62,725 bases of DNA, filler included, from Nanobdellota archaeon (GCA_003660925.1; 3 parts of 3 records of this genome joined end to end with filler, not necessarily neighbours in it), one strand, 5' to 3'. Positions 18,609 through 28,028 are shown, counted from the first letter of the whole stretch. A program made the numbers and translations. The notes: a model not told the origin generated them from the letters alone.

Positions 18609-18994
18609 AGATGAAGATCCCCAAGAAGGCAGAACCGTTGGTGAGGAGGCTCCAGCAGCTCCAGCAACAGCTTGACGTCCTCACCGTGCAAAAACAAACG
18701 ATTCAAATACAACTGGCTGATGTGGAGAATGCCCTCAGGGAGATAGAGCTCTCTCCTGAATCAGATGTGTACGAAATCATAGGGAATATCATGATAAAGA
18801 AGGAAAGGGCGAGGGCGATAGATTCCTTGACGGAGAGGAGGAAGACATTGAAACTCAGGGAGGAGATGTTGGAGAAACAGATAAGAAAGATAACTGAGGA
18901 GAGTAAGACCATTCAAAAAGAGATATTGAAGTACGCAGGTGAGGAAAGTGGTGGAAAAGGTGGTAAAGCTCCTGGAAGAGGTGATAAACGATAG
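18605..18994 (+). CDS. pfdB: Prefoldin beta subunit
   Basis: LQQLQQQL...QKQ coiled coil, VYEIIGNIMIK hairpin. Confidence 0.9.
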   Translation: MKMKIPKKAEPLVRRLQQLQQQLDVLTVQKQTIQIQLADVENALREIELSPESDVYEIIGNIMIKKERARAIDSLTERRKTLKLREEMLEKQIRKITEESKTIQKEILKYAGEESGGKGGKAPGRGDKR

Positions 18995-19193
18995 GACCGT
19001 CCCGAGGAACATAAGGGAGGCCGTCCGCAGGGCTAAGGAGTGCTTGATGGAAGAGGGGAAGGATCTAGCGGTCAGGGCAGATGAAGCCATTCAAATCTTG
19101 GAAGAAGTGTCCAGTGACCTGAATCTCCCCATTTACACCAGGACCCAGATATGGAACGCCATAAGCATGCTGGAGGAAGCACAAAATATATAA
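18939..19193 (+). CDS. UPF0147 family protein
   Basis: DRTVPRNIR...LEEVSSD.NLP.YTRTQIWN..S.LE. Confidence 0.88.
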   Translation: MRKVVEKVVKLLEEVINDRTVPRNIREAVRRAKECLMEEGKDLAVRADEAIQILEEVSSDLNLPIYTRTQIWNAISMLEEAQNI

Positions 19194-19203
19194 AAATCGG
19201 CTG

Positions 19204-19590
19204 ATGTTTGGGATACAAATGAGGAAGAAAATAATCGAGCTCAAGAACACTCTCTTCGGGAGGAGAAAGGAGGAGAACGAACCCGAGGAGTTCATAGAGA
19301 TCCCGCCTAGGAAGGAGGAAAAGACTGCCAAGATCTTGTTGAAGTACTTCGTCATGACGGACTTCGCGGACGTGAAGCCCATAGTGGACTCCTTGAGGGA
19401 GGGATACACCATTGCCCTGGTAAAGATAAAGCCCCTGAGGGATAAGGATATCACTGAGTTGAAGCGCGCCATAGAGAAGATAAAGAAGACCGTGAGCGCG
19501 ATAGGTGGAGATGTGGTGGGCATCGAAGAGGATTACATCATCGCCACCCCTGGCTTCGTCGGAGTTTACAGGGGAGAGAGTGAGATGTAA
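19204..19590 (+). CDS. sepF: Cell division protein SepF (archaeal type)
   Basis: EEFIEI, LREGYTIALVKI.PL, LKRAIEKIKK...GGDVVG...IIATP. Confidence 0.88.
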   Translation: MFGIQMRKKIIELKNTLFGRRKEENEPEEFIEIPPRKEEKTAKILLKYFVMTDFADVKPIVDSLREGYTIALVKIKPLRDKDITELKRAIEKIKKTVSAIGGDVVGIEEDYIIATPGFVGVYRGESEM

Positions 19591-19632
19591 ACTTTTTATT
19601 TGAGGAATTCCTTTTCCTAAAGAGGTGGTTTC

Positions 19633-19785
19633 ATGGACTACGCGTTGTACATGCTCACGGGGGCTGTCTTCGGGGCAGTGGTCGCTATAGTCTATCAGGT
19701 CAAGAGGCTGACAGAGTTGGAGAAGAGAATGATCTCGTTAGAGCGGAGGATATTGGAACAATTGAAGAAGAAGAAATCCAAGTAA
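19633..19785 (+). CDS. 50-aa single-TM plus coiled-coil protein (below the ORF-track cutoff)
   Basis: MDYALYMLTGAVFGAVVAIVYQVKRLTELEKRMISLERRILEQLKKKKSK*, with GAGGTGG RBS upstream. Confidence 0.75.
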   Translation: MDYALYMLTGAVFGAVVAIVYQVKRLTELEKRMISLERRILEQLKKKKSK

Positions 19786-20514
19786 CAGACCAAGGGTCAA
19801 GAAGGGCATGGCAGGGTAAGCTTTTTTCTCTTTTCCTAGTCTGATGAGAAGGAATAAGGAGAGCGTTGAGAGGGCTAAGGGAAAGGCCACCCCATAACCG
19901 TACTCTCTCATCACCACAGAGAGGAACAAGAGGGGAAAGGCGAGGTCTCCCCCTCCCAAAATGGCGAATCCCTTGCTCCTTGGGACGAATATGCCAGCAA
20001 ACGTCTTGGTCTTGAGTTGTATCTTGGCTAACCTCATCATGTGTTTGGTGAAGAAAACCGAGATAATGTCATAAGCGGAGATCACCAGTAATAAGATGAT
20101 GACGTGGAGCATACTAAAGGAAGGATATAACAGGCTCACTAACCCTCCATAAAGTAAGACCTCAGTGAGGTCGTGGAGGAAGAGATCCCCTTCTTTCATC
20201 CTCATCACTGCCAACCAAAAAGCGACGAAGGCGGAGGAGAACTCGTCCACGAAGGCCCTTAAACTCACGGACATCACGCTGAAGATAGCTATGAAGAACC
20301 AGAACCTCAACAGAACCTTAAAGTGTCTCAATGAAAGGAAGAGCAAAGTGAACAAAATGATGCCTGAAATGAGGAAGCCTAGGGCGTTCTCCTCTGGAAC
20401 GGGCTCCAGGCCATAGGGCAGTTCAACATCTTGATAGAAATTGGCCACGTAAAGGCCGAAAACTTGAACGGAGAGGAATACAAAACACGTCAGGAGAGCT
20501 ACTTTTCCCCTCAT
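19738..20514 (-). CDS. Presenilin/SPP-like intramembrane aspartyl protease
   Basis: Multi-TM protein with YD (ISAYDI), GxGD (LGGGDL) and PAMP motifs. ATGA-coupled to the upstream ATPase. Confidence 0.9.
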   Translation of the reverse strand: MRGKVALLTCFVFLSVQVFGLYVANFYQDVELPYGLEPVPEENALGFLISGIILFTLLFLSLRHFKVLLRFWFFIAIFSVMSVSLRAFVDEFSSAFVAFWLAVMRMKEGDLFLHDLTEVLLYGGLVSLLYPSFSMLHVIILLLVISAYDIISVFFTKHMMRLAKIQLKTKTFAGIFVPRSKGFAILGGGDLAFPLLFLSVVMREYGYGVAFPLALSTLSLFLLIRLGKEKKAYPAMPFLTLGLLLGFLLLQLFQYPPL

Positions 20515-21164
20515 CTCATCTTCCTGTCGTAAAGTGAGGAGCACAGCAATAGGAGTAGTCGCGGGTTGCCCTTTGACTTCTCGTAGAGCTCCCTCACCTC
20601 TTCCTCAGTGAACGGCGCTAAGGAATCGGATTCCTTTTCCCTTACTTCATTCAATCTGGTTATGATTAACTTCTTGGCATCTTCGTAGGAGAGAGGAGGT
20701 ATTTCGAACTTCCTGAGCATGTTGTAGAATCCTTTGTCTAACTTTGAGATGTACTTCAGAGTGGACGGGGTCAAAGCGATGACGAAGGTCATCCCCTCTA
20801 TGGTCTTTCCTCTCAACGCCTCTAAGATGTTCTTGAAGTGTTCTTCATCTGCTCCTGCCAACAAATCAAATTGGTCTATGAAAATGATCACGTCCTTCTT
20901 CTCCTCCCTCAAGGAGAAGACCTTATCCAGGATGTCGTGAGCCACATTGAATTCTATCACCTCACAGTTCTTCCTGCGCTTCGCGTATCTCTTCACTTCC
21001 CTCAACAAGAGGGTCTTCCCGCTCCCGTAATCTCCCACCAAAGAGATAACTACTCCCCCTTTAATGCACTTATCCAGCTCCTCCCTCAAATTTTCCCTGA
21101 ACTTCTTCATGTTTATGATCTTCTCGTCCTTCCTCGGAACGATGAACAGGAATGGGTTGTCCAT
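20511..21164 (-). CDS. AAA+/P-loop ATPase
   Basis: NPF start, Walker A GDYGSGKT, Walker B IIFIDQFD, sensor SKGNPR. Confidence 0.85.
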   Translation of the reverse strand: MDNPFLFIVPRKDEKIINMKKFRENLREELDKCIKGGVVISLVGDYGSGKTLLLREVKRYAKRRKNCEVIEFNVAHDILDKVFSLREEKKDVIIFIDQFDLLAGADEEHFKNILEALRGKTIEGMTFVIALTPSTLKYISKLDKGFYNMLRKFEIPPLSYEDAKKLIITRLNEVREKESDSLAPFTEEEVRELYEKSKGNPRLLLLLCSSLYDRKMR

Positions 21165-21185
21165 ACGTAAAACTCGAGCTCTCTA

Positions 21186-22352
21186 TTAATAAGCTTTTTC
21201 ACGGGCATCTACTCTAAGGGCGAAGGAAAGGAACAAAGTGATGAAGCCTAAGATTAAATAAGCATACTTGACGGAAACATCCATGAGCATCCCGATCAGG
21301 AGATTGGTGAAAGCTAGGATTAATCTGGAGAGCATGCTTATTGTTGATAATACTGTTGCCCTTTGTTTACTTGGTATGAACTCGTTCAAATAACTCTGCA
21401 TTAGTGGATCCCTGGACTTCCCAAAACCAGCCGACAGTATGACCAAAAGCAGGAGAGGGATCAACCCGTTCGATATGCCACAGAACACGAAGGAAAGTCC
21501 TAACACTATTGGGTTTAACATTATCAGCTTTTTTCTTCCCAGAAGGTCCTCTAAGAACGCATAGCTATTCGCCAAGATCATCTGAGCAATTATCAGAGCC
21601 GAGTGAACAAAACCCAAGAGAGAAATGTTCATTCCTGCTTCCAAGAGAAGAGGCTGATACATCCAAATAGTGTAGTAAGCGATGACATAAAATGCCACGT
21701 AGTTGCATATCAGTGCTAACAACTCCTTGTCGGATCTTATCACATTCATCCCCTCCTTAAAAACTTGGAAGTAACTCTTAGCTCTCTCGCCTCTCTCTGG
21801 TTCCTTTAAGCTGAGGCCTATCAAAAAAGAGGTGAAAAGAGGGAAGAACATGAACATCATGGCATACCTGACCCCCAAGTATCCCGCTATCAAACTACCG
21901 AGAGGTGCCCCAATTAACATGCCAATCATCTTAAACGTGAAGGCCTTACCAAAGATCTTCTTCGACTCCTTTTCTTTCCCATGCATCTTTAACGTATCGT
22001 AGATCATCGCCTTGTCTGCTCCAGAAAACAATGAGTAGGACAAGGCATATAAGAGCTCGCCCAGCATGAACAGAGAAAAGTTTGGATATGAAGAGTAAAC
22101 TAGCGCAGCGATCGACCCGACAAGGGCACCAATACTCAATGATATTTTCCTGCCGAGCACATCTGCAATAGAACCTGTAGGTATTTCGAGCAGGAATATC
22201 CATGCTATGAACCACGATTGAAGCCACATTGTTTGGGTTAGATTTAGGCCTCCCCAGTCGGTGAAGAAAGGTATGAGGACGGCGGAAACTAGGTGGAGAT
22301 TTCTGAATAATTCAAACAAGTATATTTTCCTTAGGTCCCTTCTCAGTGACAT
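21186..22352 (-). CDS. MFS transporter
   Basis: LEIPTGSIADVLGRK motif A, about 12 TM helices, RATVLS. Confidence 0.9.
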   Translation of the reverse strand: MSLRRDLRKIYLFELFRNLHLVSAVLIPFFTDWGGLNLTQTMWLQSWFIAWIFLLEIPTGSIADVLGRKISLSIGALVGSIAALVYSSYPNFSLFMLGELLYALSYSLFSGADKAMIYDTLKMHGKEKESKKIFGKAFTFKMIGMLIGAPLGSLIAGYLGVRYAMMFMFFPLFTSFLIGLSLKEPERGERAKSYFQVFKEGMNVIRSDKELLALICNYVAFYVIAYYTIWMYQPLLLEAGMNISLLGFVHSALIIAQMILANSYAFLEDLLGRKKLIMLNPIVLGLSFVFCGISNGLIPLLLLVILSAGFGKSRDPLMQSYLNEFIPSKQRATVLSTISMLSRLILAFTNLLIGMLMDVSVKYAYLILGFITLFLSFALRVDAREKAY

Positions 22353-22442
22353 ATCTGAAACATCAGGAAAGATGGATACATAAAATTTTGTCTCAAGGAA
22401 ATTTCACAAAAGTTAAAAATTCGGACGGAAATTTCTCAAGGG

Positions 22443-22498
22443 ATGAGGGAAGCATTAATGCTCATGATCATACTTTTCACGCTCTTCGCTCTCCAGCT
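22443..22498 (+). CDS. Start of a secreted/membrane protein truncated by contig end
   Basis: ATG MREALMLMIILFTLFALQ, signal-peptide-like, running into the N gap. Confidence 0.4.
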
Positions 22499-22598
22499 NN
22501 NNNNNNNNNNNNNNNNNNNNNNNNNNNNNNNNNNNNNNNNNNTTAATTAATTAANNNNNNNNNNNNNNNNNNNNNNNNNNNNNNNNNNNNNNNNNNNN
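22499..22598. other. Artificial contig linker (N44-TTAATTAATTAA-N44)
   Basis: Six-frame stop spacer flanked by Ns, identical to 44013-44112. Confidence 0.97.
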
Positions 22599-23393
22599 GC
22601 CTTCATCCTGATAAACAGGGGGAAGATATCCCAATTCGAACACAACATCATCATCGCCGAGGAAGGGAGCAAGGTCCACTTCATAGAGGGGTGCTCCGCC
22701 CCTGTCTTCAGCAAGGTCTCCATCCACTCAGGGATGGAGGAGGTATATGTGGGGAAGAACGCCAACGTCCAGATAACCACCTTGCAGAATTGGACGAGGA
22801 ACGTGAAGAACTACCCCACCAAGAGATATCTAGTAGAGGAGAGAGGTAGATTGAGGTTACTATTAGCCATGCTGGGGAGCAAGCACACGGTTTTATATCC
22901 CACCACCATCTTAAAAGGGAAGAATGCGAGCGTGGAGTGTTTAGGGATAAGCTTCGTGGATGGTAAGAGGGCAGTAGAAACTGGAGCGAGCGTAGTCCAT
23001 CTAGGAAAAGGGACGCGCTCCAAGCTGGTCAGTAGGAGCGTGGTGAAGGATGAAGGGATTAGTAAGTTCAAGGGGAAGATAAAGGTGGTGAAAGGGGCGA
23101 AGGATTCTGTAGGGTTCATGAAGTGCGACTCTTTGTTGCTGTCAAAAAAAGCCAAATCGGAGACCATTCCTCAACTTTACACCGAGGAGGAATCGGTGGA
23201 GTTGAACCACGAGGCAAGGACAGGGAGGATCGGGGAAGAGGAGTTGTTCTACCTGAGGAGTAGAGGGTTCGAGGAGGACGAGGCGATTTCTCTGCTAGTG
23301 AACGGCTTCTTCGAGCCCATCATGAGAAACATCCCCTTCGAGTACGCGATAGAGATAAGGAAGTTGATAGAACTAAGCATCAAGGGACTTTAA
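22599..23393 (+). CDS. sufB: Fe-S cluster assembly protein SufB (5'-truncated)
   Basis: QFEHNIIIAEEGSKVHFIEGCSAP, TLQNW, CDSLLL, HEA..GRI.EEELFYLRSRG. Confidence 0.88.
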   Translation, partial: AFILINRGKISQFEHNIIIAEEGSKVHFIEGCSAPVFSKVSIHSGMEEVYVGKNANVQITTLQNWTRNVKNYPTKRYLVEERGRLRLLLAMLGSKHTVLYPTTILKGKNASVECLGISFVDGKRAVETGASVVHLGKGTRSKLVSRSVVKDEGISKFKGKIKVVKGAKDSVGFMKCDSLLLSKKAKSETIPQLYTEEESVELNHEARTGRIGEEELFYLRSRGFEEDEAISLLVNGFFEPIMRNIPFEYAIEIRKLIELSIKGL

Positions 23394-23729
23394 GGCGTTC
23401 TTCATGGCCCTGAAGCCGACCAGGGCACAGGAGACCCTGGTCCTCACCACCTTCACCTCGTCCAAGAAGTCCTTCTCCTTCATCTTTTTCAAGAAGTCCA
23501 AGCTCTTTCCCTTTATCAACTCGGTCAAGATGGAAGCGGATGCCATGGATATGGCGCAGCCCTCCCCCTCGAACTTAACGTCTTTCACCCTGTTACCCTC
23601 CACCTTCAAGTAAATGGTCACCACATCCCCACAGAGGAGATCTCCAGCTGTCCCAGAGATCCCTCCCTTTATCTTCCCATAGTTCCTGGGGTTTTTGTAG
23701 TGATCCAGGATCCTATCTTCGTAGTCCAT
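23373..23729 (-). CDS. IscU/SufU-type Fe-S scaffold or sulfur-transfer protein
   Basis: ILDHYKNPRNYG, CGD, GCAISMASAS, R.SCAL. Confidence 0.92.
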   Translation of the reverse strand: MDYEDRILDHYKNPRNYGKIKGGISGTAGDLLCGDVVTIYLKVEGNRVKDVKFEGEGCAISMASASILTELIKGKSLDFLKKMKEKDFLDEVKVVRTRVSCALVGFRAMKNALKSLDA

Positions 23730-24891
23730 ATTGGATCTCCTTCAAGGCGTCTAAGAACTTATCTATCTCCCACTTAGTGTTGTAGATGTAGAAGCTTGCC
23801 CTCACTGTCCCCTTTATTCCTAAGCACCTCATTAAGGGTTGAGCACAATGATGCCCACTCCTCACTGCGATCCCCTTCTTGTCCAAGAAGTAGGCCACGT
23901 CGTGAGGGTGGACCCCCTCCAGGTTGAAGGATATCAGACCCCCCCTCTCCTCTGGCCCATAAATTTCCACACCCAAGGAGGATAAACCATCCAAAGCATA
24001 TCTCACCAACTCCTCCTCGTGTCTCCTGACGTTCTCCATCCCAACAGCCTTCAGGTAATCCACTGCGGCCCCCAACCCCACACCTCCCGCAATGTTTGGG
24101 GTCCCTGCCTCGTACTTCCAAGGGAGTTCGTTCCAAGTCGCCCTGTCCACCCAGACATGGCTTATCATGTCCCCTCCCTTCAGGAAAGGGGGAAGCTCTT
24201 CCAACAAGTCCTTCTTGCCATACAGGACCCCAATCCCAGTAGGGCCCAGCATCTTGTGACCGGAGAACGCCAAGAAGTCGCAATCCATCTTCCTCACGTC
24301 TATGGGCATGTGAGGAACGCTTTGAGCACCGTCCACGAGGAACAAGGCCCCGACCTCGTGGGCCATCTTCCCTATCTCTTCCACGGGATTTATGGTCCCC
24401 AACACGTTGCTCACGTGGGTGATGGCCACCAACTTGGTCTTCTTGGTTATCTTCTCCTTCAAGTCCTCCATATCCAAGGTCCCATCCTCCTTAATGTTGA
24501 CCACTTTGAGGTTCTTGTCTTGCCATGGAACTAGGTTGGAATGGTGTTCCATCATGCTAACGACGACCTCCCCATCTTCCAGGTCTAAGATGTTCGCCAC
24601 CAGGTTTATGGCCTCCGTCGTATTCCTCACGAATATGACCTCTCTCCAGTCCGCATTTATGAAGTCCGCCACCTTCTCGTGAGCCTTCTCATAAAGTTCG
24701 CTCGCCTCTTGACTCAGGGTGTGGACCCCCCTATGGATGTTAGCGTTGTACTTCTCGTAGAACTCCTTTATCGCGTTTATCACTTGAACTGGTTTTTGAG
24801 TCGTGGCTGTGTTGTCGAAATAAATGAGGGGATGGCCATTGATCTTCCTCTTCAAGATGGGAAAGTCTTCCCTTATGCGCTCCACGTCCAT
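23713..24891 (-). CDS. sufS: Cysteine desulfurase, SufS family
   Basis: IREDFPIL, YFDNTAT, FSGHKMLGPTG, RSGHHCA (group II). Confidence 0.95.
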   Translation of the reverse strand: MDVERIREDFPILKRKINGHPLIYFDNTATTQKPVQVINAIKEFYEKYNANIHRGVHTLSQEASELYEKAHEKVADFINADWREVIFVRNTTEAINLVANILDLEDGEVVVSMMEHHSNLVPWQDKNLKVVNIKEDGTLDMEDLKEKITKKTKLVAITHVSNVLGTINPVEEIGKMAHEVGALFLVDGAQSVPHMPIDVRKMDCDFLAFSGHKMLGPTGIGVLYGKKDLLEELPPFLKGGDMISHVWVDRATWNELPWKYEAGTPNIAGGVGLGAAVDYLKAVGMENVRRHEEELVRYALDGLSSLGVEIYGPEERGGLISFNLEGVHPHDVAYFLDKKGIAVRSGHHCAQPLMRCLGIKGTVRASFYIYNTKWEIDKFLDALKEIQYGLRR

Positions 24892-24924
24892 AGGGTAGGG
24901 AATGGAGGAGGGCATTAAAAAAGG

Positions 24925-25245
24925 TTACTTAACCCTCAAGACGCAGGTGTTGTTGATGCATTCACAAGAAGAAGGAACGCAATTGTAAAGGGTTATGCAC
25001 GCCACGCCCTTGCACCTGCTGTTCAAGGAGTTCTCCCACGCCTCCACGTAGTTCTTATTGATGCATGTATTTTCCCCTCCAGCCTCACACCCACAACACC
25101 CTGCCCTCACTTGGACGCAATCTTCGTCCACCTCACAGCCTTTTATGTCATTCATGGTCACCGGCTTGTACGTGAGTAAGAGATAAATGCCGAAGAGGAA
25201 GTACACGAAAACGAAAAAGGAGATAACGAGAAAGGGGCTCCTCAT
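24925..25245 (-). CDS. Small membrane-anchored Cys-rich protein
   Basis: N-terminal TM, then C..D.DC...GCCGC..GG..C...C..C..C..C.C...C. Confidence 0.75.
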   Translation of the reverse strand: MRSPFLVISFFVFVYFLFGIYLLLTYKPVTMNDIKGCEVDEDCVQVRAGCCGCEAGGENTCINKNYVEAWENSLNSRCKGVACITLYNCVPSSCECINNTCVLRVK

Positions 25246-25270
25246 CTTTTAAGGTTATACCTGAGAGTTT

Positions 25271-26068
25271 TTATCTTTTCCCAAATTTGTGAAAGAGCAT
25301 GGCATTAATGACTTTCCCGTTGGTCTTCCTCAGCATGTATTCTACCGCCTCTTTTATCCGTTCTCCAGAGGGGTTAAAATATGTATCCTCGATGAGCTTC
25401 TCGAGCCCCTCCTCACTTATCCTACTCGTCACGAGCTTCACCTTCCATCCCCACTTCCCCATCTCTCTCATCAAGGCCTTCTGACCCTCCATCTCTTCCA
25501 GGAGGGCATAAAGTCTCACCCTGCACCCATTCTCCCTGAACGCCTGACAATACCTAGGAGAGATGAAGAGGATGAAAACTGAACCTAGCTCGTCTAGCTT
25601 CTGGGCCAAGTCTGAGGTGTCTACCCCTTTGACTCTTCCTTTATCGTTGATTATATCCCAGTTATCCAAGACTGTGGAGAGCCCGGGCCACCGTCCGAAA
25701 GTCCCGATGGAAAAGGTCACGGCAGGGGAGCCAAAGGTCTTACTTAAGTAGGAGGGATCCAATCTCTTAAAATCCCCGTGGAAGAAGAAAACATCAGAGT
25801 AATAAGGGTTAAAAGCCAAGGTCGGGGCTTCGTAAGAGATCTTTCCTCCAGGAAGGGCTTTATCAATAACAGCCACCTCATAACCACCTTCTAAGAGGCG
25901 TTCGATGAAGAAGTAATTGTTTCCTGGTCCTATCTCTAAGACCTTCTTCTCGGCCCCTCTCCTCCCCTCAGCGATGCTCACCAATTTTTCTACGTCTTTC
26001 ACTGTCTCCTCGTAGTCTATTTCACACAGCCCTTTAATGCCAAAGAGCATACTCCTCAGTAGTAACAA
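25271..26068 (-). CDS. Hypothetical protein with SAM-methyltransferase-like motif I
   Basis: KVLEIGPG followed by VAVID and HGDF. The rest is unrecognised. Confidence 0.55.
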   Translation of the reverse strand: MLLLRSMLFGIKGLCEIDYEETVKDVEKLVSIAEGRRGAEKKVLEIGPGNNYFFIERLLEGGYEVAVIDKALPGGKISYEAPTLAFNPYYSDVFFFHGDFKRLDPSYLSKTFGSPAVTFSIGTFGRWPGLSTVLDNWDIINDKGRVKGVDTSDLAQKLDELGSVFILFISPRYCQAFRENGCRVRLYALLEEMEGQKALMREMGKWGWKVKLVTSRISEEGLEKLIEDTYFNPSGERIKEAVEYMLRKTNGKVINAMLFHKFGKR

Positions 26069-26083
26069 ACTCGTTTATAAAGT

Positions 26084-26377
26084 TTACAGTAGAGATGGGT
26101 TTATCACTACTCCACCCAAATCTATCACGCAGGTGTTCAGGTCGAATTTAGCATCGAACTCCCTCAAGAACTCGAGGAACTTCTCTTTGTTCAGCTTCCC
26201 GTAGGAATGGGTATAACCCCTACTTATCTTGTATTTCAGGCCATACTTCTCGTGGAGCTCCCTGAACCTCTCCTCATCCTCCAACAACTCAGTCCTCCTG
26301 AGGGCGAAGTTCACCTCACCCCCGAAGACATCGACGATTCTCGAGATGAGCTCAAACGCGTCTCGCCTCAGACTCAT
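26084..26377 (-). CDS. Hypothetical protein
   Basis: 97 aa ORF overlapping the ligase 3' end on the same strand. Confidence 0.55.
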   Translation of the reverse strand: MSLRRDAFELISRIVDVFGGEVNFALRRTELLEDEERFRELHEKYGLKYKISRGYTHSYGKLNKEKFLEFLREFDAKFDLNTCVIDLGGVVINPSLL

Positions 26378-28028
26378 ATAATTTCCTCACCCTCTCTAAA
26401 GTATCGGCTTCCTCCACGGACTTGTCGTCCCTGAACCTTATGAGCCTTGGAAACCTCAAGGCAAACCCTGACTCGTACTTCGGGCTCTTCTGAATCTCCT
26501 GATAGCCCACTTCCACCACCACCTTTGGCTTCACCTCCACCTTCCTCCCCTTTTCAGACGTGATTAATGGCTTCAATCTCTGGGTCATCTCTTCGAACTG
26601 GGCCTCAGTTAAACCAGTGGCCATCTTCCCGACCGTGAGGAGCTTCCCGCTCTCCGGGTCCCTGCAAGCAAGGAGGAAGGAGCTGAGCCACTTCGCCCTC
26701 TTCCCCTCTCCCCACTCCGCCCCGACGATCACCAAGTCCAGGGTCTCCATGATGGGTTTCAACTTCAGCATGTAACCGACCCTGGTCCCGGGTTGGTACT
26801 TCGCCTTCAAGTTCTTGAGCATCACGCCCTCCTGTTTCGCCTTCAGGGCCTCCTGATAGAACTCTTCCGCCTCCTTCTCATCAGAGGTTATTACCTGCTT
26901 CGCCAAGCCTATGAGCTTCTCCTTTGGGGTCACGATCTTTGACAACAACTTCCTCCTCTCCTCAAAGGGGAGGCTCATAGTCTCCTTCCCCTCTAAGTAA
27001 ACTATGTCGAAGAAGAAGGTCTCGGTTGGTATCTGCTTGGCCATCTCCTCGATCTCATACTTTCGCTTTATCCTCCTGGATATCATCTGAAAGGGGAGGG
27101 GCTCTCCTGTCTTCGGGTTGTAGCCCACTGCTTCCCCCTCTATCACGCATTCCTTAGCCTTGACGCACTCTTTCACCCCATGAACGATCTCAGGGAATTG
27201 TTTAGTAACGTTCTCCAGCCTCCTCGTGAAGACTATGACCTCATCCCCTTTCTTGTGAACCTGAACCCTCATGCCATCGTATTTGAACTCGATGGCACAG
27301 GGCCTCCCAACTTTTTCGAAGCCATCTTTTATGTCCTTGGCCTTCTGGGCCAGCATCACCTTTATGGGCCTCCCGAGCTCTATCTTCACCTTCTTCAACC
27401 CTTCTTCTCCCTCCTCTTTCACGAGCTTAGCCACTATCCCATAATCGCACGTGAGATAGTAAGCTCTCTCCACTAAGTTCGCGTCCACCCCGAAGGCCTT
27501 CGAGATGGCGTCCCTCACTATCCCTTCTCCAACCCCCACCCTTAATTCCCCCAGGATAGTCCTCACTATGTACCTCGCCTCTTCTGGTTTCGAGGAAGCT
27601 AGTAGTTCTGCCACTAGGGACACCTTTTTTTCTATGGTCCCAGGCCCCTCCAACTCCGCTGCCTTCCTAAGGTTGCTGACTAACATCTCCACAGTCAAGG
27701 GCTTCTTAAAGAGAACCGCCTGTCTCCTGGACTTTATGGCGGAAGAGGCTGCATCCCCCAGATCTCCTGTTTCCTTCCACCACTTGATGATATCATCCTC
27801 CGATACCCCGGTCGCCTTCTTTATCGCCTGAACCATGAGGTTCGCTGCCACCCCAACTTCTTTCTGTTCCCACTCAGGGAAAATCCTCCCCATGGTCAGG
27901 AGGATGACCTCAGGGAGGACCTCTGGCTCCACCCCCTTCAAGAATTCCGCCAAGATATCGGTCATCTCCAGTTTCTTGGTGGTGGCCTCCAACTTCTGAT
28001 ATAACTCCACCAACTTCCCGTATTCCAT
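26352..28028 (-). CDS. lig: ATP-dependent DNA ligase
   Basis: Motif I EFKYDG.R, EGEAV, EGVMLK, TLDLVIVG, LRFPR..R.DK. Confidence 0.97.
   Translation of the reverse strand: MEYGKLVELYQKLEATTKKLEMTDILAEFLKGVEPEVLPEVILLTMGRIFPEWEQKEVGVAANLMVQAIKKATGVSEDDIIKWWKETGDLGDAASSAIKSRRQAVLFKKPLTVEMLVSNLRKAAELEGPGTIEKKVSLVAELLASSKPEEARYIVRTILGELRVGVGEGIVRDAISKAFGVDANLVERAYYLTCDYGIVAKLVKEEGEEGLKKVKIELGRPIKVMLAQKAKDIKDGFEKVGRPCAIEFKYDGMRVQVHKKGDEVIVFTRRLENVTKQFPEIVHGVKECVKAKECVIEGEAVGYNPKTGEPLPFQMISRRIKRKYEIEEMAKQIPTETFFFDIVYLEGKETMSLPFEERRKLLSKIVTPKEKLIGLAKQVITSDEKEAEEFYQEALKAKQEGVMLKNLKAKYQPGTRVGYMLKLKPIMETLDLVIVGAEWGEGKRAKWLSSFLLACRDPESGKLLTVGKMATGLTEAQFEEMTQRLKPLITSEKGRKVEVKPKVVVEVGYQEIQKSPKYESGFALRFPRLIRFRDDKSVEEADTLERVRKLYESEARRV

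Noticed and set aside
22499..22598. Palindromic TTAATTAATTAA within N runs (also 44013-44112) as a biological repeat
   Set aside because: It is an artificial six-frame-stop linker between contigs. Gene adjacency across it is meaningless.
22599..24891. SufB convergent with SufS/SufU as an unusual system
   Set aside because: These are standard Fe-S assembly components, and the contig break hides the rest of the suf operon.
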